A stretch of 64,000 nt of DNA from Candidatus Jordarchaeia archaeon (lineage in GTDB: Archaea; Asgardarchaeota; Jordiarchaeia; Jordiarchaeales; Jordiarchaeaceae). Positions 44,010 to 53,861 of this stretch are shown piece by piece. A model generated the notes under the pieces. It saw nothing but the letters and a program-made list of their open reading frames with translations, had not been told where the DNA came from and searched no databases. The stretch is taken from contig JAHQXB010000063.1 in the NCBI GenBank assembly GCA_029856435.1, positions 7,609-71,608 of the forward strand, given 5' to 3'. The number at the start of each line of letters is the position of its first letter. Within the stretch, counting starts at the first letter, position 1. Position numbers and translations under genes: made by a program.

Positions 44010-45242
44010 ATGGTTAATCGAAACGAGTTTAGCACAACAAAGTACATTATAAAAGCTAAAATAGAAGTAGACGGAGTTGTTGAAAAACCAGACGTTGTAG
44101 GAGCAATATTTGGACAAACCGAGGGACTGCTGGGTTCTGAACTTGACCTGCGGGAGCTACAGAGAACTGGGCGAATAGGTAGAATAAAAGTTACAATAGA
44201 ATCGCATGGAGGCAAATCAACGGGAACAGTAATAATCCCCTCAAGCCTTGACAAAGTGGAAACTGCAATGCTAGCAGCCGCTGTGGAATCCGTTGACAGA
44301 GTAGGGCCATGTACCGCTCATGCAACCTTAGAGATAATTGAAGATGTACGAGAGGTTAAAAGAAGAAAGATTGTTCAGAGAGCAGCAGATATTATAAGAA
44401 AATGGTCCGAAGAGGTGTCGCCTGAAAGTCAACAGCTCACAGACGAGGTTTTGGATGCAGTTCGAGTAGCTGAAATCACTAAGTACGGTCCTGAAGAATT
44501 ACCAGCGGGACCAGCCATAGACAGCTCTGACGATATAATAATAGTTGAAGGGCGGGCGGATGTTCTTAATCTTTTGAGATGTGGTTATAAGAACGTTATA
44601 GCGATGGAAGGAACAAGTATACCAAAGACTATAATCGATCTTAGCAAGAAAAAAACGATCACAGCCTTTCTAGATGGGGATAGGGGAGGGGACTTGATTC
44701 TGAAGGAATTACAACAAGTAGCAGATATAGATTATGTGGCGCGAGCTCCTCAGGGAAGGGAGGTTGAAGAACTCACCCAAAAGGAAGTGGTTAAGGCCCT
44801 GAGAAACAGATTACCTGTAGAGCAATTAGAAGCAGAAGAACCCAAAAAGAAGGAGAAGGAGAAAAGAAGAGAGCAGGAAAAAGAAGAAAAAAAGGAAAGA
44901 GAGTTGGAAGAAAAAAAACCCAAAAGGATGGAAATTCCTCCCAAAATTAAGCTTCCAGAACAGATTCTGAGCTACCTGCACAACATCAAGGCTTCAAATA
45001 AGGCTGTACTTTTGGGGAAAAATTTTGAATTAATGGAAGAAATGGAGGTATCTTCGTTAGCAGAGCGTCTGAAAGAAGTGGACTCGGTTAGAGCCATCAT
45101 TTTTGACGGAATTATTACTCAGAGGTTGGTGGACCTAGCTCAGGATAAAGGGGTGGAGTATATTTTAGGGGTAAGACAAGAGAATGTTACAAAGAAACCC
45201 TTAAATTTAAAGATTGTAGAGTTCAACGAGGTAATAACTTAA
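44010..45242 (+). CDS. dnaG: Archaeal DnaG-like primase (Toprim; exosome-associated type)
   Basis: N-terminus KYIIKAKIEVDGVVEKPDVVGAIFGQTEGLLG and Toprim motifs (IIIVEGRADVLNL, FLDGDRGGDLI). A GGAGGTGA Shine-Dalgarno motif lies upstream. Confidence 0.85.
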   Translation: MVNRNEFSTTKYIIKAKIEVDGVVEKPDVVGAIFGQTEGLLGSELDLRELQRTGRIGRIKVTIESHGGKSTGTVIIPSSLDKVETAMLAAAVESVDRVGPCTAHATLEIIEDVREVKRRKIVQRAADIIRKWSEEVSPESQQLTDEVLDAVRVAEITKYGPEELPAGPAIDSSDDIIIVEGRADVLNLLRCGYKNVIAMEGTSIPKTIIDLSKKKTITAFLDGDRGGDLILKELQQVADIDYVARAPQGREVEELTQKEVVKALRNRLPVEQLEAEEPKKKEKEKRREQEKEEKKERELEEKKPKRMEIPPKIKLPEQILSYLHNIKASNKAVLLGKNFELMEEMEVSSLAERLKEVDSVRAIIFDGIITQRLVDLAQDKGVEYILGVRQENVTKKPLNLKIVEFNEVIT

Positions 45243-45281
45243 AAATTTACACCCCGTTAGAAACTGTAGGGTGAGAAATTT

Positions 45282-46403
45282 TTGAAGGAAAAAAGTGAAA
45301 AGATTCGACATATTTCTACTTCCGTCCGTGAAGAGCCTTTAAAAAAGAAGGAACGAATGCAATATCTATCTGTGGTGGAGCTACAGCCATCAGGTTTTCC
45401 TTTCCGGCTTGTGGGAGAGGAGCCCCCTATAGCCTTATTGACCGACGACACTGAACTGTTCCAAGCATACGCTAGGGAACAGTGGGCGGGTATTTGTGTT
45501 AAGAAGGGGGATTACCTATTTGACCAACTGGTTTTCCCAGATTTCGCCTTTAAGGTTTCCGACGCTCAGCCAGCTCGGGGAAGGATAGGTTTTTCCACAC
45601 GTTTCATTCTTAAGAGGAAACCCTTCAGTGAGGAGAAGAGACCGTCAATTCGTTTCTCAGATGTTATAGGGCAAAACGAAGCTAAAAGCAAGTGTCTGAT
45701 AATTAAAAAATATTTGGAAAATCCGAAAGCCTTTGGGGACTGGGCGCCGAGAAACATTCTGTTCTATGGGCCTCCAGGAACGGGGAAAACAATGCTGGCT
45801 CAAGCACTGGCCAACGAAACAAATGCGCCCTTCTATTTAATTAAATCCACAGATTTGATAGGAGTTAATGTCGGTGATGCTTCAAGAAGGATACACTCTG
45901 TCTTCAAAATAGCGTCGGACAATGCGCCTAGCGTTATATACCTTGACGAAATTGACGCCATAGGGTTAGATCGCAGCTTCCAAAACATAAGAGGGGACGT
46001 ATCAGAGGTAGTTAATGCTTTGTTGGGGGAGCTGGACGGATTAACCGCGAATTTTGGCGTTGTATGCATAGGAGCCACAAATAATCCTATCATGCTAGAT
46101 AAGGGAATCAGAAGCAGATTCGAAGAGGAAATAGAGTTCAAACTTCCCAACGCTGAAGAACGGGAACAAATTCTCAGACTCTACATATCAAAAATGCCCT
46201 TGCCGGTAAAAGTGGACATTAAAAAGATAGTTAGAAACACTGAAGGCTTCTCTGGAAGAGACCTTAAAGACAAAATCCTTAAAGCAGCGCTACACAAAGC
46301 TATACTACAAGAGGAAAAATGTGTAACCCAAGACATAATAGACGCCGTACTTAAACAACTCAATGACAAATCACCAAAAGAAAAACCCAAAATGTTCACT
46401 TGA
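45282..46403 (+). CDS. AAA ATPase with a Cdc48-N-like domain and a single AAA module
   Basis: TTG start. ILFYGPPGTGKTMLAQALA, VIYLDEIDAIG and GATNNPIMLDKGIRSRFE. Confidence 0.8.
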   Translation: MKEKSEKIRHISTSVREEPLKKKERMQYLSVVELQPSGFPFRLVGEEPPIALLTDDTELFQAYAREQWAGICVKKGDYLFDQLVFPDFAFKVSDAQPARGRIGFSTRFILKRKPFSEEKRPSIRFSDVIGQNEAKSKCLIIKKYLENPKAFGDWAPRNILFYGPPGTGKTMLAQALANETNAPFYLIKSTDLIGVNVGDASRRIHSVFKIASDNAPSVIYLDEIDAIGLDRSFQNIRGDVSEVVNALLGELDGLTANFGVVCIGATNNPIMLDKGIRSRFEEEIEFKLPNAEEREQILRLYISKMPLPVKVDIKKIVRNTEGFSGRDLKDKILKAALHKAILQEEKCVTQDIIDAVLKQLNDKSPKEKPKMFT

Positions 46404-46461
46404 AATAATTTAAATTGTTAAACCCAAAAATTTCTATAAACAGTTTTCTACAGATTAACAG

Positions 46462-47013
46462 GTGCCAGTCTTGAAAATCATCGGCCTTGTAGGAATGCCG
46501 GGCAGCGGAAAGACATTAGCGGTAAATGTAGCAAAAAACTTGGGTATACCAGTAATATCAATGGGAGACGTGGTTCGTGAAGAGGTAAAATTAAGAGGCT
46601 TGGAGGAAACGCCCCAAAACGTAGGCTATGTGTCAAAGGATTTGAGGGAAAAAGAAGGCCCCCAAGCTGTGGCCCAAAGGATACTCGCCAAAATTAAGAA
46701 GGAAAAGGCTCCCGTTATTCTTGTTGAGGGAATTAGAAGCCTCCAAGAGATAGAATTATTCAAGACACTCACATCTGACTTCACACTAGTCGCTATCCAT
46801 TCGTCGCCCAAAACCCGCTACCGACGTTTAAGTGGAAGGGGACGGTCGGACGACGCTAAGGACATCAGAATTTTTCAGGAAAGAGACCTCAGAGAAATAA
46901 ATTATGGGATAGGGGCGGCAATCGCTATGGCAGATTACATGATAGTAAATGAGGGCAGCGAATCAGAGCTGATGAGAAAAGTTCAAACAATTCTAGAGGG
47001 GATAATACAATGA
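46462..47013 (+). CDS. P-loop nucleotide kinase (UPF0200/dephospho-CoA-kinase-like family)
   Basis: IGLVGMPGSGKT P-loop, 183 aa. It is followed by the UPF0201-like gene, a common archaeal pairing. Confidence 0.6.
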   Translation: MPVLKIIGLVGMPGSGKTLAVNVAKNLGIPVISMGDVVREEVKLRGLEETPQNVGYVSKDLREKEGPQAVAQRILAKIKKEKAPVILVEGIRSLQEIELFKTLTSDFTLVAIHSSPKTRYRRLSGRGRSDDAKDIRIFQERDLREINYGIGAAIAMADYMIVNEGSESELMRKVQTILEGIIQ

Positions 47014-47441
47014 TAGAAATGGAAATCGAAGCCCCAGTATACCACACTGAGAGTAGAGACAAAGTGGAAAAAGCTCTAAAGTCTGTCGTGGACACAACCT
47101 ACACTTTATTAGAGGGGGTAGGATTAAAGGTTCTTCGTGGCAAAGCTCAAGGTCTGGAGGGACTTGTGAAACTTCATCAACAGTTGAGGGAACAACTCAT
47201 AGTTGAATCGGCAAGAAAAATTTTGGTAAGAAACATAATGGGAAACACAGTAACATTCTACCTACATAAGCAAGCAGCCTTTATGGGAAAAATACACTTC
47301 TGCCAACCAGAATCAGAATCCCCAATGGGTTCCATAAAAGTAACAATAAAAAGCACCAACATTGAGAAGCTGGTGGACTGGCTTACGCCAAAAACTATTG
47401 AGGGCAAGCCCTTAGAGAGGCCCCCACCAACAGACTGTTAA
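47010..47441 (+). CDS. UPF0201-like small conserved archaeal protein (predicted RNA-binding)
   Basis: 143-aa ORF overlapping the upstream kinase gene by 4 nt. The assignment rests mainly on size and neighbourhood. Confidence 0.45.
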   Translation: MIEMEIEAPVYHTESRDKVEKALKSVVDTTYTLLEGVGLKVLRGKAQGLEGLVKLHQQLREQLIVESARKILVRNIMGNTVTFYLHKQAAFMGKIHFCQPESESPMGSIKVTIKSTNIEKLVDWLTPKTIEGKPLERPPPTDC

Positions 47442-47459
47442 AAAAGGGAAGAAATAAAA

Positions 47460-48266
47460 TTGGCAGGTATGAAACTAGGCATCTCAACTATGCCCTTCAT
47501 AAAAAGTCACTTCAACGAAATTGTGAAAACAATTGAGAATACTCCAGAAAATTTAGAATTGGACTGTTGGGAAATCATTGAAGAAGGATTCCACTTTTTA
47601 AACCCGGAAAGAATAAAAATGTTAAAGAATGCCGCTTCAACATGCAAAATAAGTTATACAGTTCACGCTCCCTTCGCAGGAATCAACTTAGCCTCACCAG
47701 AGCCTCTCCAATCGGTTCTGCTAGATTTCATGGACAAGTCACTTGAAAGAAGCCACACCCTAGAGGCTGAAATATTTATAGTACACCCAGGGGTACTTTC
47801 ACCCTTCACGATTCACTTCCCCGAATTAGCTTGGGAGAGCCTAAAAAACGCAATAAGACATCTGTGTAAGCTTTCAGAGGCTTTGGGCTCTCCTAAAATT
47901 GCAGTTGAAAATATGGCGCCACCTTATCCTTTTCTGGTTTCCCAAAGTCAAGATATAGAGAGGCTGTTTCAAGAACTTGAAGATTGTGAATTTGGTTTGT
48001 GTCTGGACATTGGACACGCCCAAAAATCGGGCGGAGTGAAAACCTTCATTAAACATGTGGAACAGTACGTAACACATGTGCATGCCCATGATAATATTGG
48101 GGATGATGACGCTCACCTACAGGTTGGAAAGGGAATCGTTGATTGGAAATATGTTGTCGGCACACTTAAAAAACTAAATTTTGGAGGATATATTGTTGTT
48201 GAGAATACTACCTTAGATGATGCTTATAATAGTGTGCGCTTTTTAAAATCAGTTATTAACCATTAG
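47460..48266 (+). CDS. Xylose-isomerase-like TIM-barrel protein (sugar phosphate isomerase/epimerase or AP-endonuclease-2 family)
   Basis: 268-aa ORF with metal-ligand-like motifs (VHAPF, IVHPG, VENM, DIGHA, HAHDN, LQVGKG). Confidence 0.6.
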   Translation: MAGMKLGISTMPFIKSHFNEIVKTIENTPENLELDCWEIIEEGFHFLNPERIKMLKNAASTCKISYTVHAPFAGINLASPEPLQSVLLDFMDKSLERSHTLEAEIFIVHPGVLSPFTIHFPELAWESLKNAIRHLCKLSEALGSPKIAVENMAPPYPFLVSQSQDIERLFQELEDCEFGLCLDIGHAQKSGGVKTFIKHVEQYVTHVHAHDNIGDDDAHLQVGKGIVDWKYVVGTLKKLNFGGYIVVENTTLDDAYNSVRFLKSVINH

Positions 48267-48278
48267 GTTTTCTCAGTA

Positions 48279-49181
48279 CTATTCCAGAACTATCTCCATA
48301 AGATCCTCTCCTAGGATGCTGTTTTTAAAAATTTTTTTAGCTTGTTCCAAAAGTTCGTTGGAGTTCTTGTACCTTGAACTTATATGAGTAAGAATCAATT
48401 TTTGCACCCCCGCTTCTTTAGCCACTTTTGCAGCTTGGGTGGTTGTGGAGTGCTTTGTCTCCATTGCCTTTTCTTCCAAGTCTTCTCCATATGTGCTATC
48501 ATGTATTAGGATAGTGGCGCCTCTACTTATTCTTTTAACAGAGTCGCAGGGAGGAGTATCTCCTGAATAAACAATTCTTCTTCCAGGCCTTGGAGGATCC
48601 ACCACTAGGTTTGGCTCTATTCTTCTCCCATCTGGAAGTGTAACGTTTTCGCCGTATTGTAATTTTTTCCATAGAGGTCCCATAGGTATTCCTAAAGCTC
48701 TAGCCTTTTCAGGATGGAATTTACCCGGCCTATCCTTTTCAATAAAGGCAAAGGCAAAAGAATTGTTGTGCTCCGTCCTTGTACATTCAATGGTATAGAG
48801 GTTCGTCTCACATACTAACCCTTCAGTAACCTCTTCGATATACACGTGGAATGTGAGAGTAAATTCTACCGTTGTCTCTATGGCTTTGACGAAGTCGGCA
48901 ATGCCCTTTGGACCAAATATGTAGAGGGGTTTCTCACGGTTCATTAGAGAAAGTGTTTGCAATATTCCGGGAATGCCCATTATGTGGTCACCGTGAAGGT
49001 GAGTGATAAAAATTCTATTAATTCTGTTTACACTTAAATTTGCCTTCTCCATCTGTCTTTGTGTTCCCTCAGCACAGTCGAACAAAATAATCTCTCTATC
49101 TATCTTTATGGCTATTGCCGGAAGGTTCCTATCGGCAGTAGGCATTCCGCCAGAGGTTCCCAGCAGTACTATTTTCAGCAA
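48279..49181 (-). CDS. rnz: Ribonuclease Z (tRNA 3' endonuclease)
   Basis: LGTSGGMPT, the ITHLHGDH metallo-beta-lactamase motif and a C-terminal THIS..., 300 aa. Confidence 0.9.
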   Translation of the reverse strand: MLKIVLLGTSGGMPTADRNLPAIAIKIDREIILFDCAEGTQRQMEKANLSVNRINRIFITHLHGDHIMGIPGILQTLSLMNREKPLYIFGPKGIADFVKAIETTVEFTLTFHVYIEEVTEGLVCETNLYTIECTRTEHNNSFAFAFIEKDRPGKFHPEKARALGIPMGPLWKKLQYGENVTLPDGRRIEPNLVVDPPRPGRRIVYSGDTPPCDSVKRISRGATILIHDSTYGEDLEEKAMETKHSTTTQAAKVAKEAGVQKLILTHISSRYKNSNELLEQAKKIFKNSILGEDLMEIVLE

Positions 49182-49184
49182 CTT

Positions 49185-50216
49185 TCACTTCCTCAGCACT
49201 ATAATTTGACGTGTTAAACTCTTGTGTACCGGTATCAAATGTTTTTCTACTATTCGAAAACTTGTCCCCGAAATAAATTCATTTACATTGATTGTTAAGG
49301 GAGTGCCCAGACAGACATATCCCTTTGGACTAGATAGTTCATCCAATTCCTGTAAGAAGAACTCAATAAGTTCCTCGGGGCGGGCGCCCTTAGTGGAGGC
49401 CGATCCTCCGTATGGAGGATCCGTTGCTATGCTGTCAAAACGGTTGAAGGGAAGATGCTTTGCGTCTGAAAGTATAATGTTCCAGTTGACTACGTTGAAG
49501 TGTAGGAGGTTCCTTTTCGCGCCTCGAACCATTTTTTTGTCTACGTCGGAACCTATAGTTTTACAACCCATAAGGCCCGCCTCAATTAGAAGACCTCCCG
49601 CTCCACAGAATGGATCCAAGAAGAATTCTTTGGGTCTAGCCCGGGAGAGATTAACCATGGCTCTGGCAAGATGGGGATTCATAGAGCTGGGAATAAAGAA
49701 AGGCCTGAACTTTGCCTTTCTGAGACCTAAGGCCTTCCTTTCAGATTCCCTGACACTTATCCCAAATAGGAATACGCCGTCCGTTAAAACGCCATAAAAC
49801 AATTTATCAGGGTTTTCAAGATTGGCCCTTGCCCCCACACTTCTATGAATGAAGGCGCCGATTTCTTTTTCCAAAAGGAGTGAACTCACCTCCGGTGAAT
49901 AATTTTTTATGCGTTTCACTCTAACGGCAAAAGTTTCTCTGGCTGAGATGTGTTTCTGAAAATCTGTGTCTCGAAGCGAAGTCATTATCTGGTTGAAATC
50001 CGCTTCACATTTAAATAGTGAAATGCAGCATCTGTGAACCATTGCGGCGCGTTCAGCTATTCTTTGGCAGCTCTCTTCCTCCGCGTTTAAGAGTAGTATT
50101 TGGTCATATTTTTCTGCTTTATAATCCATGTTCAGGCTTTCAAGTATTGCTAAGCACTCTGCAATGGCTATTGTTGTGGTTTCTCCAGATAGAAGGTAAA
50201 AATGGTTTTTAATCAC
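49185..50216 (-). CDS. THUMP-domain tRNA (guanine-N2) methyltransferase (Trm11/TrmG10 family)
   Basis: An N-terminal THUMP-like region, a SAM motif DPFCGAGGLLIEA and a catalytic DPPYG. Confidence 0.8.
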   Translation of the reverse strand: MIKNHFYLLSGETTTIAIAECLAILESLNMDYKAEKYDQILLLNAEEESCQRIAERAAMVHRCCISLFKCEADFNQIMTSLRDTDFQKHISARETFAVRVKRIKNYSPEVSSLLLEKEIGAFIHRSVGARANLENPDKLFYGVLTDGVFLFGISVRESERKALGLRKAKFRPFFIPSSMNPHLARAMVNLSRARPKEFFLDPFCGAGGLLIEAGLMGCKTIGSDVDKKMVRGAKRNLLHFNVVNWNIILSDAKHLPFNRFDSIATDPPYGGSASTKGARPEELIEFFLQELDELSSPKGYVCLGTPLTINVNEFISGTSFRIVEKHLIPVHKSLTRQIIVLRK

Positions 50217-51106
50217 TCTTTCAACGCCTCAGCGATAATAGGAGCTACAGACACTAAACTAACATCGCTGGGGACTGTGTCGGTTGCAATTATTTCAGTT
50301 ACTCCTGCGTTAAGAATCCTCAACCGGGAGTCCCCCACTAGGATGGCGTGAGTGCATGCGGCGTAAATTTTTGAGGCGCCTTGATTTTTAGCGATTTCAA
50401 CTGCTTTAACCATAGTTCCGCCAGTACTGATAATGTCATCCACTACAACCACATCGTGATTGATGACATCGATCTCTTTACTCTTGGTTTCGATTTCACC
50501 CGTGTACTTATCCCTAGACTTGCTGAGAACCACATATTCGGCGCCTAAAAATTCCGCGAGTTTTTTGGCCCTATTCGTAGCTCCTTCATCTGGGGAGATA
50601 ATAACAGGCTTCATCAGTTCATACTTGTTTAAATATTCACCCAGAAGGGGAACAGCGCTCAAGTCCTTCACAGGAATTCTGAGATTCTCAAAAAGTCTTT
50701 TGTTATGAATATCAACTGTTATTATTTCGTCGGCACCCGCATTCTGGATTATGTTACAAACTATTTTTCCACTCACCGCTTCGCCGGGCAGAAATCTTTT
50801 GTCTTGTCGGGCGTAAGCAAAATAGGGAACAACCGCTGAAACCTTCGCTACGCCCAATTCTTTTAGAGTTTCAATTATGAAACAGAGCTCAACTATACCT
50901 TGATCAGGGTTTGGAGGTATCGTGGACTGAACCACAATAGCGTGACGATTTTTTGGCGCCTCTTTAATTCTGATGTATTTCTCCCCATCTGGGAAGGTCT
51001 TGAACTCAACTGGAATAACTTCACATTTTAAACATCTAGAGATACGCAGACCCAAGAGTTGTGAACTGGGACCAGGTACTACTACTTTTTCCGACAAATT
51101 CATCAA
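50213..51106 (-). CDS. prs: Ribose-phosphate pyrophosphokinase
   Basis: FPDGE, YARQDK, and the PRPP-binding loop VVVVDDIISTGGTM. Confidence 0.9.
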   Translation of the reverse strand: MMNLSEKVVVPGPSSQLLGLRISRCLKCEVIPVEFKTFPDGEKYIRIKEAPKNRHAIVVQSTIPPNPDQGIVELCFIIETLKELGVAKVSAVVPYFAYARQDKRFLPGEAVSGKIVCNIIQNAGADEIITVDIHNKRLFENLRIPVKDLSAVPLLGEYLNKYELMKPVIISPDEGATNRAKKLAEFLGAEYVVLSKSRDKYTGEIETKSKEIDVINHDVVVVDDIISTGGTMVKAVEIAKNQGASKIYAACTHAILVGDSRLRILNAGVTEIIATDTVPSDVSLVSVAPIIAEALKE

Positions 51107-51361
51107 CTCTTCTCTAAAACATTAATCTACCAAATTTTCTAAAAATCTGCTCTTAACACGAGATAACTTACAGATATTTAAAGGCTGTTCATCTTTATTC
51201 CTGATATATTAAAAATATTTTAGGTCAAATAAGCTCGCAAAAACATCCACAGAACATTATTTTGGGTTGCAGCATCTGACTACAATGTTTTAAAAGTTGG
51301 AAGGGTACATATGTATCTAGAAAACTCTTTAATTTTGGTGAAGCTTTTGCTAAAGGAAACA

Positions 51362-52363
51362 ATGATTTACGAGAAGCTTGAAAATGACATGGTAAAATGC
51401 GGGATCTGTCCTCATCGCTGTTTAATTAAACCCGGAAAGAGAGGAAAATGTAAAACAAGAGAAAACAGAGAGGGGGTTCTCTACTCCCTTGTTTATTCTT
51501 CAATATCTGCGATGGCTAATGATCCCATTGAGAAAAAACCTCTGTTCCACTTTTATCCGGGTAGCACTGCCTTTTCTATATCAACAGTGGGTTGTACTTT
51601 TCATTGTCTCCACTGCCAAAACTGGAGCATCTCTCAAGCAGAGCCCGAATCTGGCTTAACTAGGGAGTTCCCACCAGAAGAGATTGTTTCAGCAGCTAAG
51701 AGAAGTGGTAGCCGTTCCATTGCATATACCTATAATGAGCCCTTCGTTTTCTACGAATTCGTCTATGATACTGCAAAGATTGCAAAGGAAAACAACATAA
51801 AAAATATTCTGGTTACAAATGGATATGCTACACCTGAGGCCATAGAAAAAATAGCCCCTTTAATAGATGCAGCAAACATTGATGTGAAAGCAATGAGCGA
51901 AGAATTTTACAAAGAAGTATGTGGGGCGCGGCTTCAACCAGTCTTAGACGCCGTGCTCCTCATGAAGGAGAAGGGCATTCATGTAGAAATTACGTATCTG
52001 ATAATCCCCCAGAAAAATGATAGTGCAGAGGAAATAAAGAGATTTGTAGAATGGGTTAAGGGTAATTTGGGACTGGATATACCCATCCATTTCTCAAGGT
52101 TTTATCCCCATTACAAAATGACAAATCTTAATCCCACCCCAGTTCAAACAGTCATTAAAGCCAGAGAAATCGGGCAAAAAGCAGGGCTGCACTACGTCTA
52201 TTGCGGGAATATACCGGGGCAGGGAGAGAACACGTATTGCTACAATTGTAACCAATTAATAGTGGGACGATGGGGATACTCAATAGAAGAGTACAAACTT
52301 GCCAAAGGCAACACGTGCCCAAACTGCGGAACGAAGATAAACATGATTGGAGGAGGGGGATAG
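51362..52363 (+). CDS. AmmeMemoRadiSam-system-type radical SAM enzyme (PflA-related)
   Basis: CGICPHRC...GKCKTR, EKKPLFHFYPG and the radical SAM cluster CTFHCLHCQNW. The track ORF starts at 51311, but the ATG at 51362 (MIYEKLEN...) is more likely. Confidence 0.8.
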   Translation: MIYEKLENDMVKCGICPHRCLIKPGKRGKCKTRENREGVLYSLVYSSISAMANDPIEKKPLFHFYPGSTAFSISTVGCTFHCLHCQNWSISQAEPESGLTREFPPEEIVSAAKRSGSRSIAYTYNEPFVFYEFVYDTAKIAKENNIKNILVTNGYATPEAIEKIAPLIDAANIDVKAMSEEFYKEVCGARLQPVLDAVLLMKEKGIHVEITYLIIPQKNDSAEEIKRFVEWVKGNLGLDIPIHFSRFYPHYKMTNLNPTPVQTVIKAREIGQKAGLHYVYCGNIPGQGENTYCYNCNQLIVGRWGYSIEEYKLAKGNTCPNCGTKINMIGGGG

Positions 52364-52380
52364 CTCCCATCTAAAATGTT

Positions 52381-53530
52381 TTAGGATACTGGACGCCAGA
52401 TAATTCCTAGTTCATCCGCTGTTTTGTATGCTTCCTCCATTTCGTGGCTAGTAACCCTTCTACATATGTCTGCATATTCCTTCCTTCTTGGCACCTCGTG
52501 TGTTGGGTGATACTGTTCCATTATGTTAACTAAAGCCTTGGGGCAATTTTTAGCCACCCATTCAAGAACCGGTTTGGTGCAACACTCAATGTGTCCCGGT
52601 AAAACTAGGTGCCTTATTATCATGCCAGATGTTCCTGGTTCCACAGTTTCATCATAGGCCATTTTATGATTTCTTGAAACAATTTCCCAGTAATTAGAAA
52701 CTTTACTCAACCTTTCTGCGCATTGATCATTCCCATATTTAAAGTCGGGGAGCCAGAAATCCATAACGTCTAATAAAAGCTTCATACATTCTTTGGAACA
52801 GTACATATTAGAATTCCATAGTTGTACAATGTTTGTTTTAGTTTCCCTTACGCCCTTTAAAATGTTGTAGGTGTTTGGAGTTGGTTCTCCACCCACATAA
52901 TTTATGTTTCTTGCACCTTCCCTCTTTAGATCTCTTGAGATTCGTGCAAGGCTCTCACCCGAAGTTTCTATACCGTTTTTTGGATTTGTGGAAATGTCAT
53001 AGTTCTGACAAAACACGCATTTAAAAGTGCAACTGGAGAAGAAGAATGCACCGTAAGAGCCTTAACTCTTAAGCGTTTGTGCCTGAAGGAACTAAAGGGG
53101 CCTCTTCTCCAGTATGTATGAATGCTGAGGATACATAAGACTCTCTGCCAAGTTTACAAAATCCTTTTTCACCCTCCAGTCTATTAGCCCCACACCGTCT
53201 TTCACAGAAATGACACTGCGATAGAATCCTTCTTGCTAGTTCCACCTTAGCATCTAAATAAGAAATCTTCGGCGAATCAATGTTTCCCAGATCCAGTTCA
53301 CCTGCATCAATCCGCCTCAAGACACTCCTAAAAACACCACTTATTCTATCATGCTCATCCCAAAGCTTGCCCAGCTCCGCATCTAGCTCAACATCTACAC
53401 CTACTTTTAAAGCTATCATAAACTTAGCATAAAGCCTATCATTGAATACCTCATAGTACCTCCAAAGCCTCTCACGAACTGTACCGTCATCCCAAACACG
53501 GTAAGCATCTGGGCGAATTAGCTTCCACAT
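52381..53530 (-). CDS. PflX-type radical SAM protein, interrupted by a 13-nt hairpin insertion just upstream of the CxxxCxxC motif
   Basis: Track ORFs 53069-53530 (…CHFCERRCGANR…HTGEEAPLVPSGTNA*) and 52381-53016 belong to one protein. My translation upstream of 53016 gives GSYGAFFFSSCTFKCVFCQNYDIS in the +1 frame. Confidence 0.8.
53062..53074 (-). other. 13-nt palindromic insertion carrying two TAA codons inside the radical SAM gene (candidate mini-intron)
   Basis: The minus strand reads ACAAAC|GCTTAAGAGTTAA|GGCTCT. The stem is CTTAA/TTAAG with loop GAG. Removing it gives ...PSGTN-GSYGAFFFSSC..., which restores the frame and the usual G-xx-GSG-x-FF spacing. The junction is ambiguous by 1 nt. 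Confidence 0.5.
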
Positions 53531-53861
53531 TTTTTAAACCCTCCAACTCTTTAAGTTCTTAATAAAACAGACACAACAAGTAAATATAATTTTTACACAA
53601 AATCCCAAAAATATTTGTGATTGTAATGAGGGAAATGCAGACTTATTTGGCTCCTTTTCCCCTCAAACAGGCTCTATAGTTTACTAGAAGCCAATTTTTG
53701 AAGCGCGGATGAACTGTTCTACATCACTATTAGAATGTGGGAAAATACTTAAATGTATATTAAAGCCTCAGAAATGAGGATTATAATTTAAAAAGTTATG
53801 GATGAGAAATGTTCATGCTGTTCAATTCGAGAACCAAATATAGTCATTTCTAAAAAGAGTA

